Source: Tubulanus polymorphus (Eukaryota; Animalia; Nemertea). Taken from it: a stretch of 64,000 nt of DNA. The notes under the pieces are model-generated. The model was not told the origin of the DNA, did not search any database, and saw only the letters and a program-made list of their open reading frames with translations. Made by a program: the position numbers and the translations under genes. The DNA lies in contig NC_134032.1 in the NCBI RefSeq assembly GCF_964204645.1, positions 12,326,275 through 12,390,274 on the forward strand, given 5' to 3'. Shown one piece after another: positions 13,301 through 25,450 of the stretch (its first letter is position 1; each line of letters starts with the position of its first letter).

Positions 13301-14695
13301 TTTCAATGACTATCTCTACAGTTAGAGAATGTGTTCATATACAGATCTTGAGTCAAAATTTGATATAAGCAACTATGGAACTGGGTCGGTGTTAATTAAT
13401 GAACTTACGTCGTAATTCTTGATTTTATTTTTGCTGAGATTAACGAATTTAAGATGCGGTAATTCGGACATGATCGGAATGACATCTTTCCAGCTTTCGA
13501 TCAGATTGTTCGATAGATCTAAATCAATGACGTTCGGACAGAGCGACGCCAACCCTTCCGGGGGTATACCGGCATGAGAAACTGAGCATTGGTTTAATAC
13601 CTTGAAAATAATTTAACAACTAAAAAGTGAGATCATTGGTAATATCAAAAATTCATAGAGACCAGTCTTTATGAATTTTTGGTAGTATGCAGTGATGCTG
13701 TGGGCGCTCTCGAGTGGACCAGAAAAATCTGTTCGTTATAACCGATAGTTCGACTCCAAGAAAAACGATTTCGTTTGTTTTAGTCTATTTTACAAAGCCG
13801 CGCAAGCATAAGCCCGACCGATTTCAAAAGATTACCACAAACGATGATCGATTTACTAGTGACTCGGTGCTGTGTTACCTTGATGGAGGTTTCAATTTGA
13901 ATACTGGGGATATTTCTTGAGAAGGGTGGAAAAGAAAAAAACTTTCATAGATTTGAAGTGGGATTTTTTGAACGAATCGTTCTCTTATTTATTCAGAGAG
14001 AATTCGAAGCGTCTATATGAACCATATAAAACTACGTGTATTCCCGCCATAAATTCCCAGGAGGAGTTATCAGGATCCGCAATCTCAAATTTCTCATGTT
14101 TCAATTTGAGATCAACATCAACAATACCTTCACAACACTGAGAGTTGGTTACCCTGCGCAGCTGTGTGCAATATCGATTTTATCAGCTGTAAAACCTGAG
14201 CTGGTAATTTTCGCGGTAATGTTAATTTCGTCTTTAACTTCTGTCGTGCTTTTCGCGTCACGGCCGTTTTTGGTCAATACATAATTTCTCATTGATGGAA
14301 ATGTCGATAGTTTTAAGTAAATAGCATATACACATTTTTCTATTAGAAATTGGGCGATTGTTATGAAACAGAATATCGTTTCAGTCTATTTATAGAACTT
14401 ACAACAGTGCCATTTTGAATAATTAACATTATCTTTAATCCACTGGTAAATTCGACCTCAGTTTTGAGTTTGAATTACGCAAAATCCTTGAAATAAAAAA
14501 ACTTACGACATTTTTAAGAAAGCTCAATTCTGCATCTCCGGCTTTGATCGTAGGTTTACCGATCAGTACTATCTCGATTTCACAAGCATCAGTGTCCCAG
14601 GTCTCCTCTGATGCGTATTTCTCCTTTAAAGCCTCGGTAAAGGATCTTTTTCTCGTCCTAGCAGTTCGTTTATGTCTTAAACTCGACGATTCCAT
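7341..14695 (-). CDS. TBCEL: Tubulin-specific chaperone cofactor E-like protein (LRR + C-terminal ubiquitin-like domain), ~560 aa, 8 coding exons
   Basis: Minus-strand exons 14695-14507, 13600-13409, 13010-12872, 12740-12659, 9782-9209, 8664-8469, 8149-7981, 7482-7341 join in frame with GT-AG introns. Motifs RSFTEALKEKY, LCPNVIDLDLSNNLIESW, EERRKLFLASLPNIQLLNGSEV..EREKAERQFVRY, KHGKLRPLVDVDL and DGDEIHID match TBCEL. There is no N-terminal CAP-Gly domain, so this is not TBCE. Confidence 0.93.
7619..7898. mobile_element. piggyBac-type MITE, copy 1
   Basis: TTAA|CCCTTTCAGTG...CACTGAAAGGG|TTAA. Confidence 0.9.
11849..12051. mobile_element. Degenerate MITE with (CAGGCGC)GGATCCAG-type ends
   Basis: The left end cctggatccagag..gggg mirrors the right end cccctcc...cctggatccgcgcctg. 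Confidence 0.45.
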
Positions 14696-14699
14696 ATTA

Positions 14700-15193
14700 G
14701 TAGTAGTGCTTTGTAAGTTTATTCGTATTGAATAAAGCGACCAGTACTGGTAGGGCTTTTTATTTCAGGCTTTCTGTCTATTTTCGACGACCTTATTCCA
14801 TATGCTTTTGTTTATCCATGTGACATTTGTTTTGGTATTCGCTGATTGGCCATATTCCCGTAAGCTTCTTCGGCAGTACTCGTTAAATTTCCGAACGAAC
14901 ACGGATGGCGCATTGATTAGTTTTTGGCGTTTTTACTGTTTGAGTATCTTAGGAAACTACCAGGAATAAACTTCCCGGTCGACTATTTGACTATAGATAA
15001 CGATTTACGTCGAAGTGTTCGGTAACGATATCTTCGGCCGACTTCGGAAGATTCCGAACCCTAACCCTAGTTCGGAAATCTCCGAATCTACAAATTGCAC
15101 CTTCGGTAGTGATCGGAAATATCCGAACCCGGTATACCCTAGTTCGGAAATCTCCGAACATAGCCGAACACTTACGAAGGGCGTAAAATAAAG
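14700..15193. promoter_or_regulatory. Bidirectional promoter region TBCEL/CLC
   Basis: The start codons of the divergent genes are only ~500 bp apart. The region has a CCAAT box (gattggc ~14844) and four TTCGGA-N4-TCCGAA palindromes at 15043-15158. Confidence 0.7.
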
Positions 15194-18100
15194 ATGGCTG
15201 AATTTGATAATTTTGAGAGCGGTGCCGCCGGTGAGACGACCGAAGAGGACCCAGCTGCCGCATTTCTGGCTCGGGAACAGGATCAGCTAGCTGGATTAGA
15301 AGATGACGGATTCGGTGGAACTAATTTCCAGGCTGAACCGGCTGATGGTAGGTAGAAATCTGCCGTTAAATTTGGGCCGAAATTTCATTTCCGGGTTCTG
15401 AACGCAGTCTGTTCAAGTTACGTTCAGTAAAATTTCCAGTGAACCCTGGCCCGCAGTACTACTCAGATTCGAACCAAGCTGTTGGTTCGTACCGTTTGTA
15501 AACGATACAATCGATAGAATTAAAAGCAGAATCTTACCTGGAATTTTATTAATTGCTTCCATTACAAATGTGTGTAAATAAAAACTTTAGTTCTTGTCCT
15601 GTCCTGTCTCCTCTCTCGACGAAAAGATTTTGGGGTCATCCTTATTACTGAGATGAGGTATTTTACCGAGATCAACCGAGATGAAATTAAATATAACATA
15701 TTTATTTATTCCTTATCGATTTTAACACTTGAAATCATGTTATATCAGTAATAAATACCTTCTAGAGTCATATGGAGGATGACCGAGATTTTGAAATCAG
15801 TAGAATGCGTCGTTATATTGAGAGATACAATCCCGCACTTTTACCCCTAAATTATAGTGGTCTTGTCCAATTCAAATCTTTTTCTCCTATTTTTCAGATG
15901 GTTTTGAACCAGCCGGTACTGGACAGGTAGGTTGTTTGACATGACGGTGACAATCTTGCTGAAGCTCTTCATCTGAAAATACAGAAAATTACTGCAATAC
16001 AAAAAGAGAATCAAGTCTGAAAGGTTTCCTTGAGTGATGGTTTATTTCAATGTTTCTATTATTACTTTCTGATAGTCATCTTAAAAAAAAAACCATTAGG
16101 AATAGTAAAAAATTACTATTAAGATCCTAGTAGAAATAAACTATGGAAACTCAAGGAAATCTTATAAACTTAATTTCTATTTGTATTTTTTGACGACTAC
16201 TTTTATTGACCTATTAGATAAACTCATGTGTGTAAATCTGAAATCTTTTCTCTCTTAATGTGAATTTTGATGTAAAAAAAGATGGGTTGTTGTTTCGTTG
16301 ATTTAACTGCAGTTAAGGTCACCTTCTCGCCATGCAGTGCTAGTGTAACTAAAGAAAAGGTTGAGAGTGAGGTTAGGAACGCACACAACCAAAAGGGATA
16401 CATACCTAAACTGCACTTGCTCTGTTTCGTTGCCAAGGAGGTTTCGTTTAAATGTTATTTTCGTCGCCAATCTCCGGACTATCGTTTCGTTTGCTGTTCA
16501 GTATTTGAATAATGATGTTGAATTTCAGTTTGCGTACGGCCGAACGACGAGCACCGAAGAATACGACGAACAGGGATTCGATTATCTCGTAAGACGCTAC
16601 TGAAAAATAGCTTAAAACGGAAAAAAAATACTATTCTAAACCGGGAACAAATTTCGCTTCTCATCTCGATATATTGATTATAACGTTTATTTCGAAACGC
16701 TTTTCTAATCTTCAGCTTTCATCCCCAGCTTCGGTCTTTAGAGCGCTGTATAGTAACGCCCCACTGAGCCTACTCAAAAACTGAGTTTGGTGCTGTTTAA
16801 TTTTGAAACTTGTCGACAATATTCTAACCGTAGTTCAGTCGGGGTGACCGCTGGCCCGGAAAACCTGACATTAATCCTGAACATTCTCGGGGGATTTGAT
16901 AAATTTTCAGACAATCTACGGAGTTGCCTCAATTCTATTGATGTCGCACTGTGATAATCAACATTTTAGTCAGTCACTATCTTTGGCAAAAAAAGCCGTT
17001 GCATTTCGATTTATATTGACTTGGGGAACATTGCTCTCAAACGTGGCAATCTTTGGGACATTTCGGAAGAATAAAAAGTGGTCACCCTGGTTGTAGACTC
17101 TGTATACCTCGCAATATCATTTTGCTCCGAAATAAGTCAGACAAATTCTTGAAAATCAGTAATTCAGTTATTTGTCTAGGCCAACTTCGGACTAGTCTGA
17201 ATACCAGACTTCTTTACCTAGAAAGAACTGTCCTTATTTCGCCAATGTTAGCTACATACAGTAGGCTACTAAGCCGAATCAATTTGGACCAATGATTTTC
17301 GATTTGACTTCGGTGATAATTCAAGTTCGACAATGGAATTTAATTTGCATTCTTTCGCAATGGTTTCGGGACTTTTTTCGAGTAAATTAATTAAATATGA
17401 CCTGAAAGTTTTGCGAATTCTACTGTATAACTAACATTTGATGGTCGCAGTAAGTCTTCGAGGTACACGCGGTCTACTGCGTCCGATTTTGTTTATTCCG
17501 TCGCGTAAAAAGTTTCCCGAAGAAGATGGAAATATCTTTCATAAATTCGATAAGCTTCATTACTGATGATATTTGCTGGTTTATAAGCAGTGATATAATC
17601 GATATCTTTACACGTATTTGGGTTTTGGTGATCGGTTTATATATGAAGTATTCTTGCATGGGTTGGAAATATATGTGTTTTGACGTATGTTATCTCTACC
17701 ATAGATAGAGGTTTTTCGCGAACGAAACGCTTTTTGCTTAGAAATCTAACTAGCAGCTATTTCAGGCGTTATTAACGCTGATGTGACCTTTTCACACTTT
17801 TTCGAATCTTTTTTTTGATATATAATAAATGATTTTTGCCAAATTGGAAATGATACAGTAGACTCTGCTATCAGCTTTAGAAAATTTATTGAAATCATTA
17901 TTTTGCGACTTAATATGTAGATTATATACCTCAGACTCAGATATCAATTTTGTCTGATCTGACTTGAGCAGAGTTTACTCTTATCATCCGACTTTTGGAC
18001 ACATCAATCAATCTGTTAGTCGGACAGATATTGTCCAGTCCCAAAAGTCTGGACTTGACAGCTATTTCCTGAAACTGCTATTCATTGCTTCACTGAAAAG

Positions 18101-20881
18101 CTATTCACTAACTGTATTATCACATATTCTGCCCGAATTAAATGCTGAATACTCATCCATCCCACGATGCTGTTCCCGCTGCCGCAGAAGATGATGATTG
18201 AAATCCCAACACCCCCATGCCCTCCTGTCCCTTATCAATTAGGACTCGAAAATTAGTTTAAATGATATATTGTAATTCTAGGGCGATGCTGCAACAGCTG
18301 ATGAAATAAATGATGTAAGATTTATCCATCAATCTTCTCGTAACCCTCCCGTGTGTGTTTGTGTCTGTGAAATACTAACTTTTCTTGTCTCCGTAGAATT
18401 TACTAATAACTAGAAACTGACAATAAACTAGTTTATCTATTACTCTAGATATCAGTTTTAGTTATACCGGCACAGACAGTGTTAACATGAACCTAAAATA
18501 CATGAACTTATTGTATTTTTGTTTTAACCTGTGGAGTTAATTGAAGTATTAATCAATTAACTAAACCCAACAACTGCAGGTTGATTCAATTATTAGTCTA
18601 TGCATCTCCAGAATTTATAGCTAGCATATTCTTGTAGTAGTGTCCCCCATCTTGCCCGGCATAGACATCATGTACTGGGATGATCTCCCCACTCAGTGCC
18701 ACTGTTTTATACGTTTGATATTTCAAGTCTCTTTAGTCTTAATTGTCAAATTTAACTCTTAAACATGTGGAACTGGGTTCTGTTCTCGTGAAGTAGTAAT
18801 ATGTACATGACATTTTGAACGCGCTTCCATTCAAAAATATGTTTACTTCTAGAGAATACATGGTATATATTCAATGACTGTCAACTTGGTTGATGTAACA
18901 TTTCTAGCAAACATTGATCAGCAGATTTTGTCTCCTCATTTGTAAAATATGCACCTTCCGGCCACTTTGAACTATCCCCCTCCCCCTCTTCGCTGCTGGT
19001 ACTTCCTTTTCTGGTGTTAGTCTGCACTATGCACGATGATTTTTATAATAAATGAAAACGCTCTTAATATTAAATCATGTATAATGATTCTCACAGGATC
19101 GAGGGATTCGAATCTGATAATCTCACGTTTGAATCCTTCGAGGAAATTCTTTGTTGCACCAATCACCAAGTATTATTTCATTCACCCACAGCAGGGATTC
19201 GAACCTGATGAAAAATTCAAATTGTATTCATACGCAATAAATGAATGATCCCCCCATCCATGAATTTGCCAATTATACAACAGGCACTCTAGTCAGTGCC
19301 ATAAGTTTTTGTGACTGCGCGTGTACCCTTGCACTTGGCGCTTGGGTTAATCACAGGCTTTGTGCCATTCCAGAGTCTCAGTGCTGTCAGGTTCAAATCC
19401 CTGCCGAACAAGGTTGCTACTACATGTATTCATTAGTAGTTTCTGGCTCAACTTCTCCAAAAAATATCAAAATGCTCTCTCAAAATCGGAATAAATTTCA
19501 TTTTCATTAAACAAAGATTTTTGTTGTAAAATTACTCTAATTTTTTCGTGAAAACTAGAGATATCAGTTAGTCTGGTCCGACCAGTTATACTGAATGATT
19601 CTCAAACAGAAATCATCGTTATCGGGTTTTTCAATAATTTGTCTTTAATTGTAGAACACGGACGGACAATCGAATGGTCCATCGGATCAATACTCAGCCA
19701 TATCACAGGTCGATCAACTACGTCAGGAACCGGAGAAAATAAAACGCTGGCGAGAAGAACAAAAAGAGAGACTCGAAAAGAAAGGTAGAATAGAAACCTG
19801 AGTTGAATTTCCTCTGTGCCTTGAGTTTAGTACCAATCAAATACTGAGTAAGAATTTGACCAATCAAATAGAGTAAGAATTTGAGTAATAACAGTAGACT
19901 CTGTCTCTTACTGCGGTAAAGTTGAGACTCCATGAAATTCTACCCAAATACGGAATAAGAGTTAGAAAAATCTGAAAAATACAGTTGACTCTGTCTCTAA
20001 CTGTAGTAAAGTTGAGACTGATATAAATTCTATCCCGAGTTGGAGTCAAATACGAAAGAAGGGTTTTGAGAAATACAGTAGATTCTGTCTTAGTTTTAGT
20101 TGAGACTGGAAAAATATTGCCCGGAATTAGTGTCAAATACTGACTAAGAGAAGTCAGTTGAAAAATCAGAAAAAAACAGCACCGGTAAATATGCCGAGTT
20201 TGAGTTATGACGATGTTTATTTAATTTCAGATGAAGAAGCCGAAGAGAAGAAAGAAGCGTGGAGAGTTGTCGCTAAGAAAGAACTTGAAGATTGGTACAA
20301 AAACAGAGAGGAACAGTTACAGAAAGTGAAAGATACAAATCGGTACGAAAATCCTCTTTTCAGTCCCTTACATTCTCTACTTCAGATAAAACTTGTAGCT
20401 TGTTGGGCTGAGCCAAGCTGTACCAAATCTAATAGACTGATTTTGTGGAACTAAATCCCTTTGTCATTTTGGGTCATTCAAAAAGTCTGTAACTCAAAAC
20501 ATTTACTTGATTCCCATTGTGATTGATTTGAATAAGAGTTTCGGAAAAGTGGCCAATTTTTTGGGTGAAAAATTCTAAAATTGGAAGGAAATCATTTGTA
20601 TAAATTTCTGAGGGATTGGTCCAGACAGCAGATTGTTTTCAGGGTTTTCAGCAAATGTGAAAAATTCTGAAAAGCAAAAATTCAATTCTATTTGTTGTAT
20701 GTTTTACAGAGAAAACGAGGTTGCGTTCGTGCAGGAGAGAGACGAGAGCATACCCGGACACGAGTGGGAACGCGTGTGTCGTCTCACCGATTTCAACCCG
20801 AAAAACTCGAAAAATTCGAAAGACGTCTCGCGTTTGAGGTCGATATTGTTACAGTTGAAGCAGACGCCGCTCGTTAGATAG
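15194..20881 (+). CDS. CLTA: Clathrin light chain, ~209 aa, 6 core coding exons including two microexons
   Basis: Exons 15194-15347, 15898-15926, 18282-18314, 19655-19784, 20231-20342, 20710-20881 join in frame. They contain the conserved EEDPAAAFLAREQDQLAGLEDD segment, QEPEKIKRWREEQKERLEKKD, KELEDWY, and PGHEWERVCRLTDFNPKNSKNSKDVSRLRSILLQLKQTPLVR. This is a single invertebrate-type CLC, co-orthologous to CLTA/CLTB. The microexons are less certain than the other exons. Confidence 0.95.
16529..16588 (+). CDS. Candidate 60-nt cassette exon of clathrin light chain (FAYGRTTSTEEYDEQGFDYL)
   Basis: Bounded by tttcAG and GTaaga. It is 60 nt, phase 0 at both ends, stop-free, CpG-rich like the true exons, and lies in a phase-0 intron. 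Confidence 0.45.
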
Positions 20882-22149
20882 AGAGAAACCGCCCGCGAGA
20901 AATAGGGATCCAAGAGGAGAGGGTTAAAATCTGTGCGCCGAAGAATAATAGTGACGTTTATTCGATAGAGAAATCTCTGAATGCGAAACGAAAAAAAAAG
21001 ACTTTATCGTGATTTATTGGTTGACGAAAAAAACAACATAATATGATTAATTATAGACTTTTATTAGTTATACTTTATAGCATGATTGAAGTTACATTCC
21101 ATTTATCAGACTCCTCACTCAACAAGTTGCCATCCTTCCCCGCAGGAAAACATGTAAGAAATATTATTAAAATTTGAAGATACTGATAATCTAATAATTG
21201 ATTCTCCTCAAATTTCTTGACCTATTTCGAAATTTTTTCTTTTATGAAGTAAGAACCAACTTTCACTATATGATGGACGCAACACGCAATGTTTTTCTGA
21301 TACCCCTTCTGCCCCTTACTCATTCCTGAATAATGAATTACTCGTCAGATATTTGGAGCCTTCAATCAATCGGTCAGATTCAGTGGTGTTTGTTTAGAAT
21401 TATGGTGAAAATATGTTGCATTTCGATGGTACATCTCATAGTGTAAAAACTAAAAGTGAAAGTTAGATACAGTGTTGTTAAGCCAGGTCTGTAAAACTAT
21501 ATCCAAATCCGCAGTCTTGAATTTCAAAATTGACTTGACGAATGAACTAATTTTTACTGTAGAGGATTTATCTCTAAGCATTATGTAATTGGGACCGGGT
21601 TTATGAAAATCAAATTGTTATTAGATATTGGTTCAAAGTTGACTTGTTCAAATATTGCTGAAAACGGTTGAGTCCAGGTACACTATTTTATTATTTTATA
21701 TCTGGCGGTTCATTTGAACAATCTTGATTGCTCTGGATAGTTCTACACTACATGTATAGTTTGTCTGGTCAAGTTTTATTCCTCAACTGTGAGAAACTGG
21801 TCCTCGCCTTGTTTCAGCGACACAAAGATGTAAGCCTCTAAACATAGAATGACCTTTCTGGGAAGACCCCAAACCCACTTATTTTTGTACTGGGATATCG
21901 AAAAATTCAAACCCGTTCGTGTGACATAGTACGGCTGTTAAGAATGAGGCAAACAGTTTGTTTTATTATTGTAATGATAATAATATATATATTCGTCTAT
22001 ATATTCATGTGTATTTATGTAAATGTGTACGTTGTATGTTGGGCACTGAATAAATAAACAAAAGGTGTGCATCTTAAAAATTTGCTTGTTATTATTGGAT
22101 TGAGTCGTTTGAGGATTTACAGATAGATGGCGAACTAGTTGCACCCGAC

Positions 22150-22287
22150 TTGCGGTCATGCCGTGGTTGTGATTGGTCGATGGTTAATGCTAATCGGTGA
22201 CGTCGTGCCAGTGAATATGGCGCCCGGCCAGATATCTAGGATTCATCTTTAACACGGGAGGAGTAACTAAATTCTTAATTTTCAGCG
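22150..22287 (+). promoter_or_regulatory. Putative promoter and non-coding first exon of the SLC20 gene
   Basis: CpG-rich patch just after the CLC polyA signal (aataaa ~22049), with ATTGG, TGACGTC and YY1-like AATATGGCG motifs, followed by donor CG|GTAAGA at 22287. The next acceptor ttttcAG at 25118 opens the ATG-containing exon. Confidence 0.5.
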
Positions 22288-25200
22288 GTAAGACTTTTTC
22301 AATCGACTTCAAACTTATCTATATTGGATATAACTTTGTAGCGCCTCGACTGAGCTGGAATTTGGTGCCATACGTGGTACCGTATCCGTTTTACAGCCCT
22401 TAAATCGACACCGGAGTTCGGGCAACCACGTTTTTTTCAGGCGATTGATTATCCCCAATTAAGTTTTATTCGTACAGATTCATCGAAAAATCGCATTATT
22501 TTGAATTGTCAGTCGTTTTTTATTTCAAGTTTCAAAAATCAGGATTGGTTGTTGTTTGTGGCATCTCTTTTATCGTGCTAATTATGCCAATAAAGAGCAC
22601 TACACGTGCTGAATGTGTGATAGTAAGTAGTGCTCGGGGGTCAATACGGACGGGCAAGAATCGATCGTTTTCTCTAGTTTCGTGGTTTCAAACCTTAAAT
22701 TTGCTTGATCTAGTAATTTCATATTTAAGGAAATTAAGTAGTGTTAGATGCGTTTAATTGAAAGGCTGATACTTAGAAAATACTCTTCTAATTCTTGATC
22801 TGAAGTCCCCATCGGGCGCCTCTTCTGGCTCATCAGCGGCTTTATTGGTTCCCGGCAGCGCGGGAATTACGAAACAAAGAAATATTCACTTTCCCTATAT
22901 CGTGAACCAATTAAGATTCAAGCCTTCAGATACAAAACTTGCCCAGATTTTTCAGTGCTCAACCCACCAAAACTGCTCGAATGGAATGAAAAATATTTCA
23001 GCCTTCTTAGATCAAGGCAAACAAAGGAATTTAACTCTTTGAAAATGAGAATAAAAACAAACCAAAAGCGTGGTCCTCATTAGCATATTTCATAAACACC
23101 CTTCAAAATCTTCTCTCAAATTGGAAGAATTAATCTTGAGGACCTTAAATCTCTAAAATGAATTTGAGAAGCTTTTTTTGAAACTCCCCAGAAATTATTT
23201 ATTTTGTAATAATGATAATAAAATTAACCCCTTGATTTTCTGACACCTTATTCCAGAGGGTCAGTTGTTCAGATATAACCAGTAGGCTTATAGTGACAAT
23301 AAGAATGGCATTGTTGCCACAGCATTTGTTCTAATGGATAACTTTTGAGTGACCCCCGATCAGCTGGGACTGGTTTTATGGACGTTTTTTGCCAGGTATT
23401 TTTAACTATTAACCCGGGGTTGACTTGCCTATCAGGTAGTCACTCTGATAAACCGAACTAGGATTATGAGTTTATAAGTCATAAAAACACGTATCATGAT
23501 TTTTATCAATTCTAGAGATTTTGTTCCATATACAGTTCACAGATGTGTTCACTGATCGACAAATCACACAGCTTTGTATACTTTAGACATCGGACTTTCG
23601 ATCTATTTATTTTTAAGAACCAGATTTCGTGATTCTTCGATTGATTTTGACTCGGGTTTGTTGTCCGTTATCTTTGCGCTTCACTAATGTTGTCACTTTT
23701 CGTTCACGTCGAATTTCGGAATGAGAAATTTCACATGACTTAAATCGCTAATCATAGCTGCTGTTTTGTAAAGGTCTGACTGTTATTTTATATGCTCGAA
23801 ATCGCGAAGCCGCCACACACTCGCTGGCTTCTAGTTAGGCTACATATGTTACACGTTTCTGGTTTATTCAGTCTTTCAGCAGAGTCGGTAAGCCACAGTA
23901 CAATTATTAAATTGGCCTATTGCGAAAATTTTCTTTTCCCTCTGAATTTGAATTTTTCTTTTTTTTTCTTTTTCGGAAAGATTTAGTCAAAAGAGTTCAC
24001 TAGTAGAAAAGTTTTTTCTATCAAAAAGCATACTTATTCTTTTTTAGTAAGCTTATTTCTGCTTTTTGAGAAAAAAAAAACTTTACTATCTATTCGACAT
24101 TTTATACTATAATTTTTTTGTCTAGATTTGTCGCGGTTGACTTTTTTCAGGAAAGACTTAACAAAGTACGGAGAGCTCACTTGTGAAATTTTTGTGGCCG
24201 TTCTTGAATGTTCAGAAATCGAGCCACGTCATATGAAATTGAATCTTGAAGTTTTTTTCCTCGATTCAATTCTCGAGCACTTTTTCAAATGTTATCGGGA
24301 AAAACCTTTTCAATTAGGCCTAAGTGGTTCATTTAGAGATATGATTTGTGGTAGAAACTCTAATATGAAAGTAAATGTTTTGATAATTTGGGTTCAAATT
24401 ATCTAAATATTGAACAAGTTGCTCTAATGTTCAAGGCAAGCTATCTCATTAGAGAGGCATGTTTCTTATTTACGATTACTTGGAAATGATGGCATTAATC
24501 AGAGATATGTCTTTCAGAAACAATATTTTCAAGTGTTGAGTTTTGTTCGTCGGTATTTTATTTTTAGTTGACCGAAAAAATTATAAGAGAACAATATTGT
24601 TAATTCGATTAATAAGGTAGGATTAGTGTCAGTGTTTTGTTGAAAGTTGACCGATGCAGCTCCAAATGTCTTGGTTGAATTTCTGTACATGTGAAGTCAG
24701 GCCTATCAAAGTTTGCCGATAAAATGTTATGAAGGTTAGGTTTCGGTCTGCAGGGTAATCCTGGTTAGAACCCGGCGTATTTTTACGAATCCGTGTAGGT
24801 TACGATTGAGTCGAATGTCTGAGGAGGTTGCAGGGTCGGGGCTATAGATTGATATAGATTGATTGGTTTTTTTCCGAAAATCATAATTGTCTCGATTAGA
24901 ACCCTGTGTATTTTTACGATTCCGTGTAGGTTAAGATTGTGTTGAGGGTTGCATGGTCCGCACTATAGATTGATACCTGGTTTTTTTTCCAAAATCCTAA
25001 CAAAACGATGAATTTGAAATATATTTTATGTGTTTAAGTTGAAATTCTGCCGTTTTATGAAATCTTTGAATTATTTCTTGAAAATAATGTTTTTATTCCT
25101 CTCATCTGCTATTTTCAGGTTTGACGTCTGCTCAACGACCTCAGGGACTTTCTACTCAGAAAATATTGAATTCAGTATGAAAACTATCGCGTTAAAACTT

Positions 25201-25450
25201 GTCGATCACAATTCGAAACCGAGCGACGACGTTTTACGATCGGGCCAACGGATTTTAAGTAGATAGCGTCGAGCCTTGCGCGTCAACGGCAACGATTCAA
25301 ATATATATATATATATCTATATATTGACAGGATCTACGACAACAGGGTGCGTTCTACTACTTAGAAAAAAGGAAAAAAACTCCGAAAAAAAAAACGCTGT
25401 GATTCTTTTTAACTTATAGATATTTATTTCAAATAATTCACGAATTCAAG

